Assembly (NCBI GenBank): GCA_026705465.1
Contig: JAPPAP010000025.1
Coordinates: 429,566 to 493,565 of the forward strand
Reading direction: 5' to 3'
From: a bacterium
GTDB taxonomy: Bacteria > Actinomycetota > Acidimicrobiia > Acidimicrobiales > Bin134
Length of the DNA: 64,000 bases
Part shown: one piece after another, positions 57,314 through 64,000 of the stretch
How positions within the stretch are numbered: position 1 is the first letter of the stretch
How the letters are laid out: each line of letters begins with the position of its first letter
Translations under genes and position numbers: made by a program
Notes under the pieces: generated by a model
Told to the model about the DNA's origin: nothing
The model's database searches: none
Seen by the model: the letters and a program-made list of their open reading frames with translations, nothing else

Positions 57314-58567
57314 GTGCGGGGCGATATGACGCTGCTAGATCAGTCGGCCCGCTTTATTGACGAGTCGGTTTACGAGGGACCGCGATCGGTCCAACCCATG
57401 GACGGCTCATTCCACGAGATCGCCGATGGCATTGCTGTGGTGTGCGCCTTCTCACACGTCTGGTCGGTGGCCACCGACGAGGGGTTGGTGGCGATCGACA
57501 CAGCGTTGCCGATGTTCGCTCCCGGCGTGCTGAAGCACCTTCATCAGTGGAGGAGCCAGCCAGTCCACACCATCGTCTACACCCATGGCCATGCCGACCA
57601 TGTCGGCGGGGCCCCGGCTTTCGTCGAGGATGCCGAGGAGCGAGGGAGACCTGCCCCTCGGGTAGTGGCCCATGAGGCAGTGGGACCCCGCTTCGACCGC
57701 TACAACCTCACCCACGGCTACAACCAAACCATCAACCGCCGCCAGTTCAGCGCCAACGACATGTTGGACCTGTTCGCCGACGACTGGGTTTACCCGAGCA
57801 CCACCTATGCCGATGCCCTCGATCTGGAGGTGGGCGGGGTGACTCTCCAGCTCATCCACGCCCAAGGGGAAACCGACGACCACACCATGGTGTGGATGCC
57901 CCAAGAGCGGGCGCTGTTTGTGGGCGACCTATTCATCTGGTTCTTCCCCAACGCGGGAAATCCTCAGAAGGTGCAGCGCTACCCCGCAGAATGGGCCGCC
58001 GCCCTGCGGCGAATGATCGAGCTGCGTCCCGCATTCCTGCTTCCGGCCCACGGTCTGCCCATTGCCGGCGAGGAGCGCATCGCCATGGTGCTGGATGATG
58101 TGGCCACCGCACTGGAAGGCCTGGTGGCCGACACGCTGGAGATGATGAACGCGGGGGCGCGCCTCGACGACATCGTCCATCAGGTGCGGGTTCCCGCCGA
58201 TCTGATGGCCAAGCCCTACCTACGAGCCGCCTACGACGAGCCCGAATTTGTGGTTCGCAACATCTGGCGGCTCTACGGAGGTTGGTACGACGGCAATCCC
58301 GCCCGCCTCAAACCCGCCTCCGACCAGGCAGTAGCCGCTGAGGTGGCCCGGTTGGCGGGAGGCGCGGCGGCCGTGGCGGCCAGGGCCACGGAGCTGAGCG
58401 AGGCCGGCAATCTGCGGTTGGCCTGCCACCTAGCCGAGTGGGCCGCCCAAGCGGCGCCTGATGACCCAGATGTACTCGAAGTACGGGCCGAGGTGTACCG
58501 GCAGCGACGAGATCAGGAGCAGTCGCTCATGTCACGAGGCATCTACAACGACGCCAGCCAATCATGA
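57314..58567 (+). CDS. Metallo-beta-lactamase fold hydrolase, alkyl/aryl-sulfatase-like (MBL plus dimerisation domain, no SCP2 C-terminal domain)
   Basis: 417 aa. It has YTHGHADHVGG and the alkyl-sulfatase-type dimerisation string VRNIWRLYGGWYDGNPARLKP. Confidence 0.7.
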   Translation: MRGDMTLLDQSARFIDESVYEGPRSVQPMDGSFHEIADGIAVVCAFSHVWSVATDEGLVAIDTALPMFAPGVLKHLHQWRSQPVHTIVYTHGHADHVGGAPAFVEDAEERGRPAPRVVAHEAVGPRFDRYNLTHGYNQTINRRQFSANDMLDLFADDWVYPSTTYADALDLEVGGVTLQLIHAQGETDDHTMVWMPQERALFVGDLFIWFFPNAGNPQKVQRYPAEWAAALRRMIELRPAFLLPAHGLPIAGEERIAMVLDDVATALEGLVADTLEMMNAGARLDDIVHQVRVPADLMAKPYLRAAYDEPEFVVRNIWRLYGGWYDGNPARLKPASDQAVAAEVARLAGGAAAVAARATELSEAGNLRLACHLAEWAAQAAPDDPDVLEVRAEVYRQRRDQEQSLMSRGIYNDASQS

Positions 58568-58580
58568 GGATGAACCGATC

Positions 58581-59738
58581 ATGAAGATAGACACTGCGGC
58601 GGTGGATTTGGCCCTGACCACGACCAGGGCGGTGCGGAAGCGGCTGGATCTAGAGCGGCCGGTGGACGACCAGATCATCCTCGACTGCATCGACATCGCC
58701 GAGCAGGCCCCCACCGGGGGCAACCAGACCAGTCGCCGGTGGATCGTGGTGCGCGACCCCGGGATCAAGCAGGAGCTGGCCCGGCTCTATCGCGAAGTGG
58801 TCGGTGGCTTCATGCTTGAGGCTCGCGACCGCTTGGAGGGCACCGATCATCCCCGGGCCCGAACGGTGAGCTCATCTGCCTATCTGGTGGAGCACCTGGC
58901 CGAGGTTCCTGTGATTGTCATTCCGGTGATCGTGGGTCGCCACGACGGCAGCGGCGCGCCCGGCCTGTTCGACTCGGTCATTCAGAGCGGGTGGAGCTTC
59001 TGTGTCGCTCTACGGGCCCGGGGGTTGGGCACCGCTTGGACCACGGCCATCTTGGCCAAGGCCCCCGATCTGAAAGAACTGCTAGGAATCCCCGACGAGA
59101 TCACCGAGATTGCCATGTTCCCGGTGGCGTGGACCAAGGGCACCGACTTCCGGCCCGCTCGCCGCACTCCGGCTCGGGACATCACTTTCTTCGACGGCTA
59201 CGGCCGCATCTACGAATCAGGGCCGGGAACGCCGGTGGCGATGGCCAACGGCCCCGGAACGATGGTCGAGATCGATATCGCGGCGGAGATTGACGAGGTT
59301 TGGGACGCAGTCACCGACATTGACCTGCCGGCTCAGTTCTCCGACGAGTTCACCGGCGCAACCTGGGACGAGGGCTTTGACGGACCCGCCCTGGGGGCGA
59401 CGTTCACCGGCCGCAACTACCTCGAAGCGATGGGCGACTGGGAGGTTCCCTGCTTCGTGGACGTGTGTGAGGAGCCGGTGGCCTTCGGTTGGTGTACCTC
59501 CGACCCCGACAATCCCGGCGCCCGATGGCGCTTCGAGCTCCAGCCCCTCATGGGAGGGGGAACCCGGCTGATCTACCGTCTGCTGCTCGGCCCCGGCCCT
59601 TCCGGGCTGACCATGTTCATCGAGCAGAACCCCGACAAGGAGCACCGGGTCATAGCCAACCGACTCCAAGTGCACCGGGCCAACATGCAGCGAGTAGTAG
59701 ACGGCATCAAAGCCCACATCGAGGCAGCCGCCGGCTAG
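58581..59738 (+). CDS. Nitroreductase-family domain fused to a C-terminal SRPBCC domain
   Basis: The start was refined to the ATG at 58581 (MKIDTAAVDL). The N-terminal ~220 aa carry RAVRKRLDLERPV...AEQAPTGGNQTSRRWIVV. The C-terminal ~150 aa carry VEIDIAAEIDEVWDAVTDID...RWRFEL. Confidence 0.7.
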   Translation: MKIDTAAVDLALTTTRAVRKRLDLERPVDDQIILDCIDIAEQAPTGGNQTSRRWIVVRDPGIKQELARLYREVVGGFMLEARDRLEGTDHPRARTVSSSAYLVEHLAEVPVIVIPVIVGRHDGSGAPGLFDSVIQSGWSFCVALRARGLGTAWTTAILAKAPDLKELLGIPDEITEIAMFPVAWTKGTDFRPARRTPARDITFFDGYGRIYESGPGTPVAMANGPGTMVEIDIAAEIDEVWDAVTDIDLPAQFSDEFTGATWDEGFDGPALGATFTGRNYLEAMGDWEVPCFVDVCEEPVAFGWCTSDPDNPGARWRFELQPLMGGGTRLIYRLLLGPGPSGLTMFIEQNPDKEHRVIANRLQVHRANMQRVVDGIKAHIEAAAG

Positions 59739-59739
59739 C

Positions 59740-61077
59740 TCAGCGGACCGCGCCGGGGATGAGCCAGCGGGGGCTGGCGAAGCGCCAGAGCAGGGCGACT
59801 AGGCGGGCGCCCATGAGCGCCCACATCGCCCCCCATAGCCAGCCGATGCCCGCGTCGGCGGCCACCACCCACAGTGCCAAGGGGATGAACACCGCGGCAG
59901 CGCCCGCCATGGCCACGGCCAAAAATCGCATGTCCCCGGCCCCGATCAGCACGCCGTCGAGGGCGAACACAACCCCGTTCACCGGCTGGATGAACGCCAA
60001 GTGCAGCATGAGGAAGCCCACCAGGGACAACACCGCCTCATCGCTGGAAAACACCAACGGCAACCACGGCCGAGTTATCAGCAGCACCGCGGTGGCCGCC
60101 AAGCCCGAGGCCAGACCCCATTCGATCATGCGGCGACCAGCGGCCCGGGCCTGGTCTAGTTCGTGAGCGCCGAGTAGGCGGCCGATCATGGCCTGTCCGG
60201 CGATGGCCACCGCGTCCAAGGCCAGAGCCACGAAAAACATGAGCTGGTAGATCACCTCGTGGGCGGCCAGATCAACGTCTCCCAGTCGGGCGGCTACCGC
60301 CACCGACATGGTGAAGGAAGCCCGCAGCGCGGCGGTCCGCAAGAACAGGTCCAATCCCACCACCGCGAGTCGGGCGATCATCGAGCGGTCAGGAGCCATG
60401 GTCACCCCATGGACTGTCACCGCCTCCCGGATCCACCATACGTAGGCCCCGGCGGCGAGCCATTGAGCGATGACGGTGGACAGGGCCGAGGCGCCGATGC
60501 CGAAGCCGAGCCCGTAGATCAAAACCAGTTCCAGCGCCAGATTCAGCCCCGCAGTGACCACCGCCACCTTCAGCGGGCGTAGCGTGTCTTGCAGTCCCCT
60601 CAGATAGCCCACGCCGGCCAGCGTGATGAGCATTCCCGGCAGGCCGAAAATGCTGATGCGCAGGTAGATCAGCCCCTGGGCCAGCACCTCGCCGTCTGCT
60701 CCAAGAATCCTCAGTAGAGGATCGGCGAACACATAGGCCGCGACGGCCAACACCGCACCCACCGCGGCGGCCAGCCACAGTCCCTGCACCGCCTGCTGAG
60801 CGGCCCGGTGGTGGTCGCCGGCGCCGATCAGCCGCCCCACCGCGGCGGTGGTCCCGTAGGCCAGAAAGACGAACAGCGACAGCGCCCCCAACAACACCTG
60901 AGAGGCCACGGCCAGTCCTCCCAAATGGGGGGTGCCGAGGTGCCCCACCACCGCGGTGTCGGCCAGGGTATAGAGCGGCTCGGCGATCAGCGCACCCAAG
61001 GCGGGAACCGCCAATCGGGCGATCTCCCCGTCGTAGGGAGACTTCCAAACCCCCGATAGCCCTCTCGTTTCCGACAT
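59740..61077 (-). CDS. MATE family efflux transporter
   Basis: The start was refined to MSETRGL...EIARLAVPALGALIAEPLYTLADTAVVGHLG. It has about 12 TM segments. Confidence 0.82.
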   Translation of the reverse strand: MSETRGLSGVWKSPYDGEIARLAVPALGALIAEPLYTLADTAVVGHLGTPHLGGLAVASQVLLGALSLFVFLAYGTTAAVGRLIGAGDHHRAAQQAVQGLWLAAAVGAVLAVAAYVFADPLLRILGADGEVLAQGLIYLRISIFGLPGMLITLAGVGYLRGLQDTLRPLKVAVVTAGLNLALELVLIYGLGFGIGASALSTVIAQWLAAGAYVWWIREAVTVHGVTMAPDRSMIARLAVVGLDLFLRTAALRASFTMSVAVAARLGDVDLAAHEVIYQLMFFVALALDAVAIAGQAMIGRLLGAHELDQARAAGRRMIEWGLASGLAATAVLLITRPWLPLVFSSDEAVLSLVGFLMLHLAFIQPVNGVVFALDGVLIGAGDMRFLAVAMAGAAAVFIPLALWVVAADAGIGWLWGAMWALMGARLVALLWRFASPRWLIPGAVR

Positions 61078-61098
61078 GCCACTAGGTAGCCTGTCGCT

Positions 61099-62775
61099 AT
61101 GAGCGATATGAAGCCACGTTCTCACGAGGTCACCTCGGGAGCGGAAAGGGCCCCGGCAAGGGCCATGCTCCGGGCCGTGGGCATGACCGACGACGACTGG
61201 GACAAGCCTCAAGTGGGGGTTGCGTCGTCATGGAACGAGGTCACACCGTGCAATCTCCCGCTGGACCGTTTGGCCAAGCGGGCCAAGCAGGGGGTGCGCG
61301 ACGCCGGCGGCTTCCCCATCGAGTTCAACACCATCGCGGTGTCCGACGGCATCTCGATGGGCCACGAGGGGATGCGGGCCTCTCTGGTCAGCCGGGAAAT
61401 CATCGCAGACTCGGTGGAGGCGGTTATGCACGCCGAGCGGCTGGACGCCTTCGTCAGCTTCGCCGGCTGTGACAAATCGCTGCCCGGCATGCTGATGGCC
61501 GCAGCCCGCCTCAACCTGCCCTCGGTGTTCGTCTACGGGGGCTCTATCCTCCCCGGCCAGCACAACGGCAAGGTGCTCGACATCGTAAGCGTATTCGAGG
61601 CGGTGGGGGCCCACGCGGTGGGTGACATCGACGACGAGGAACTCGACGCCATCGAGCGCAATGCGTGCCCTACCGAAGGGTCGTGCGCGGGGATGTTCAC
61701 GGCCAACACCATGGCGTCGATCGGGGAGGCCCTGGGCATGTCTCTGCCGGGAAGCGCCTCGGCCGCCGCGGTCGACCGGCGCCGCGACGACTACAGCTAC
61801 GCCAGCGGTACCGCGGTCATCGGGCTGTTGCGGGAGAACATCCGGCCCCGCGCCATCATGACCAAGGGGGCGTTTGAGAACGCCATCGCGGTGACCATGG
61901 CTTTGGGAGGATCGACCAACGCGGTGCTACACCTGCTGGCCATCGCCTGGGAGGCCGGAGTGGAGTTGGAGTTGGACGACTTCAACAAGGTGGCGGCCCG
62001 GGTTCCCCATTTGGCCGACACCAAGCCCCATGGGCAGTACCACATGGCCGACATCGACCGCATCGGCGGCGTCCCGGTGGTGATGCAGATGCTGTTGGAT
62101 GAGGGCCTGCTGCACGGCGACGAGATCACCGTCACCGGCAAGACCATGGCCGAGAACCTCGCTCTGCTGGACCCGCCCGCCCCTGACGGCGATGTGGTTC
62201 ATCGCTTGGATGATCCACTGCACGATGTCGGCGGTATCGCCGTGTTGTCCGGGTCGCTGGCCCCCAACGGAGCGGTGTTGAAGGTGGCCGGGATCGACTT
62301 CAACCACTTCGAGGGCCGGGCCCGGGTATTCGACGGCGAAGACACGGCCATGGACGCAGTGCTGAATGGACGCATTGAAGCTGGCGACATTGTGGTGATT
62401 CGGTACGAGGGGCCCAGAGGCGGTCCGGGCATGAGAGAGATGCTGGCCATTACCGGAGCGATGAAGGGTGCAGGCCGCGGGGGAGACGCCGCTCTGGTCA
62501 CCGACGGCCGATTCTCGGGGGGCACCCACGGATTCTGTGTGGGCCACGTGGCCCCCGAGGCCACCGAGGGCGGGCCGATTGCACTGGTGGCTGAGGGCGA
62601 CACCATCCGTATCGATGTGCGGGACCATTCCATTGACTTGCTGGTGGACGAGGCCACCTTGGCCGAGCGGCGGGCCAATTGGAAGCCGCCCGAGCCCCGT
62701 TACACCAAAGGTGTGCTGGCCAAATACGCCCGTCTGGCCCAAGGAGCCGAGAAAGGCGCCATCACCGAGGCTTAG
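61099..62775 (+). CDS. ilvD: Dihydroxy-acid dehydratase
   Basis: 558 aa. It has [25 protein letters not shown] and GHVAPEA. Confidence 0.95.
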   Translation: MSDMKPRSHEVTSGAERAPARAMLRAVGMTDDDWDKPQVGVASSWNEVTPCNLPLDRLAKRAKQGVRDAGGFPIEFNTIAVSDGISMGHEGMRASLVSREIIADSVEAVMHAERLDAFVSFAGCDKSLPGMLMAAARLNLPSVFVYGGSILPGQHNGKVLDIVSVFEAVGAHAVGDIDDEELDAIERNACPTEGSCAGMFTANTMASIGEALGMSLPGSASAAAVDRRRDDYSYASGTAVIGLLRENIRPRAIMTKGAFENAIAVTMALGGSTNAVLHLLAIAWEAGVELELDDFNKVAARVPHLADTKPHGQYHMADIDRIGGVPVVMQMLLDEGLLHGDEITVTGKTMAENLALLDPPAPDGDVVHRLDDPLHDVGGIAVLSGSLAPNGAVLKVAGIDFNHFEGRARVFDGEDTAMDAVLNGRIEAGDIVVIRYEGPRGGPGMREMLAITGAMKGAGRGGDAALVTDGRFSGGTHGFCVGHVAPEATEGGPIALVAEGDTIRIDVRDHSIDLLVDEATLAERRANWKPPEPRYTKGVLAKYARLAQGAEKGAITEA

Positions 62776-63344
62776 TCCGCTCTCGTTCTGTTGTAGAGAT
62801 CGGGGTCGGACCAGGCCCCAGTGGCGTCGTCGAACACTCGGGCCGCGGGGGTCATCCACTCCAGCCGTCCCTGGCGGGCCCCGGTAGACGACACCGGAAC
62901 CATCTCTGGGTCGATGTTCAGCACCGCGCCCGCTGGCACGTCAAACGGGGGCCGAGGAGCGATGGCCAGCTCCAGCTGGCCGAGGACATCTACCGCCTGG
63001 TCGCGGGCCTCAACCGAGTCTCCGTAGAACGCCGGGTCCAGTACCTGGGACCACTTGTCGGCGCCCATGATTACCGCGTCGTATCCCTGAGCGATGTCCA
63101 CCAGCAGTTGATGGTCGGTCACCGCCACCTCCAGTCCCTCGATATCGGCTACCGACGCTTCCAACACGGCGATGCGGTCTTCGAACGAGGGCCAGTCCAT
63201 CAGCTCCTTCCCCAGTGCCACCCGCGACACCATCAAATCGACTCGGGCCAGCCCTCGCTGGTCCCTCGCGGCCTGGGCGATGGCCAGGTGCCCGATGGTG
63301 GGTGGGTTGAACGAGCCGGGATACACCCCTAATCGTCTTGTCAC
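62772..63344 (-). CDS. Cytidylyltransferase-fold nucleotidyltransferase (NadD/NMNAT-like)
   Basis: 190 aa. It has [10 protein letters not shown] (an (H/T)xGH-type motif) and SSTGARQG (an ISSTxxR-like motif). The start is GTG. Confidence 0.6.
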   Translation of the reverse strand: MTRRLGVYPGSFNPPTIGHLAIAQAARDQRGLARVDLMVSRVALGKELMDWPSFEDRIAVLEASVADIEGLEVAVTDHQLLVDIAQGYDAVIMGADKWSQVLDPAFYGDSVEARDQAVDVLGQLELAIAPRPPFDVPAGAVLNIDPEMVPVSSTGARQGRLEWMTPAARVFDDATGAWSDPDLYNRTRAD

Positions 63345-63378
63345 AGGCAGGCCCTAGCGTTCATACTGGTGGCATCCT

Positions 63379-63426
63379 ATGAAGCGCCATCCCCATACCG
63401 GAGCGATTCTCGTAGTACGCCTTTAG
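63379..63426 (+). CDS. Putative ilvB leader peptide (MKRHPHTGAILVVRL)
   Basis: This is a 15-codon ORF ending 97 nt upstream of ilvB. Five of its last seven codons encode Ile, Leu or Val. GC-rich hairpins follow immediately. Confidence 0.5.
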   Translation: MKRHPHTGAILVVRL

Positions 63427-63463
63427 CGCGCGGCCCCGGCCCGACCCGGGACCGCGTGCTACC

Positions 63464-63494
63464 GACCTCCCACGCTGGGAGGTCTTTCCATTTC
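63464..63494 (+). terminator. Attenuator/terminator-like hairpin in the ilvB leader
   Basis: A 9-bp perfect stem is formed by gacctccca (63464-63472), loop cgc, and tgggaggtc (63476-63484). It is followed by tttccatttc. Confidence 0.55.
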
Positions 63495-63522
63495 AGGTGA
63501 CACCCCGAAAGGTTGATCCAAC

Positions 63523-64000
63523 ATGAAAATGAACGGCGGACAAGCCCTAATGAAAGCCCTCGAGAGCGAGGGAGTGGACATCATGTTCGGGCTGCCCGGC
63601 GGAGCCATCCTGCCGGTGTACGACCCGCTGCTCGACTCATCCATCCGCCATGTGCTGGTGCGCCACGAGCAGGGCGCTGGTCACATGGCCGAGGGATACG
63701 CTCACGCCACCGGCCGGCCCGGCGTGGCCATGGTCACCTCGGGACCGGCGGCCACCAACATCGTTACCCCGCTGTGCGATGCCTATATGGACTCCATTCC
63801 TATGGTGGTGGTCACTGGCCAGGTGCCCTATGCCGCCATTGGCACCGACGCCTTTCAGGAGTGCGATACCACCGGTATCACCATGTCGGTGACCAAGCAC
63901 AACTACCTGGTGACCGAGGCAGCCGACATCCCCCAGGTGATCCACGACGCCTTCCACATCGCCACTACTGGCCGGCCCGGCCCGGTGCTGGTGGACATCC
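63523..64000 (+). CDS. ilvB: Acetolactate synthase large subunit, N-terminal fragment (continues past window)
   Basis: I translated it by hand from the ATG at 63523: [34 protein letters not shown]...[15 protein letters not shown]...VTSGPAATN...VVTGQV...[11 protein letters not shown]. There is no stop before the window end. Confidence 0.93.
   Translation, partial: MKMNGGQALMKALESEGVDIMFGLPGGAILPVYDPLLDSSIRHVLVRHEQGAGHMAEGYAHATGRPGVAMVTSGPAATNIVTPLCDAYMDSIPMVVVTGQVPYAAIGTDAFQECDTTGITMSVTKHNYLVTEAADIPQVIHDAFHIATTGRPGPVLVDI

Noticed and set aside
63459-63644. A 61-aa minus-strand ORF overlapping the ilvB leader and start.
   Set aside because: It is antisense to the clearly coding ilvB N-terminus and to the attenuator hairpin, and it has no supporting features.

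Overview
This window is a gene-dense chromosomal segment from a high-GC organism, with Actinomycetota-like synteny. The exact taxon cannot be determined without a database search. I saw no rRNA, tRNA, CRISPR array, transposase or integrase. Most long ORFs antisense to the called genes look like high-GC artefacts.

A conserved housekeeping backbone runs through the window: atpA(partial)-atpG-atpD-atpC, glpX, murA, a NifU-like gene, a cysteine desulfurase with mnmA, ligA, gatCAB, ilvD, and the start of ilvB. The order iscS/mnmA ... ligA ... gatCAB ... ilvB matches what I recall from mycobacteria.

Two large accessory catabolic blocks interrupt this backbone.

- **Block 1 (16.1-31.5 kb, minus strand):** a roughly 13-gene myo-inositol (iol) operon. 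It contains iolE, a CUT2-type ABC transporter, iolC, iolD, iolG, iolB, a LacD/DUF2090-type aldolase and three extra dehydrogenases. It also contains a membrane desaturase-type di-iron oxygenase fused to a Rieske ferredoxin, which looks like a single-chain MocD-MocE (rhizopine O-demethylase) analogue.
- **Block 2 (36.7-51.1 kb, plus strand):** a 14-gene operon of unknown substrate with nine 4-nt start/stop overlaps. Gene order is cupin, creatininase-family amidohydrolase, sugar-type permease and binding protein, GMC flavoprotein with small subunit, Zn-ADH, ALDH, class II aldolase, an orphan molybdo-hydroxylase large subunit, ABC ATPase, LLM oxidoreductase, class III aminotransferase and a terminal MarR.

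Other points worth a second look:
- The ATP synthase has an 85-aa epsilon lacking its C-terminal helices, plus C-terminal extensions on alpha and gamma.
- A 751-aa ABC permease carries an insertion of about 400 aa that is rich in transmembrane segments.
- A PASTA Ser/Thr kinase has HGD/DLG motifs in place of HRD/DFG.
- A Val/Ile/Leu-rich leader peptide and a terminator-like hairpin sit upstream of ilvB.
- There are several unusual domain fusions.

All functional calls come from reading motifs in the translated ORFs. No searches were run.
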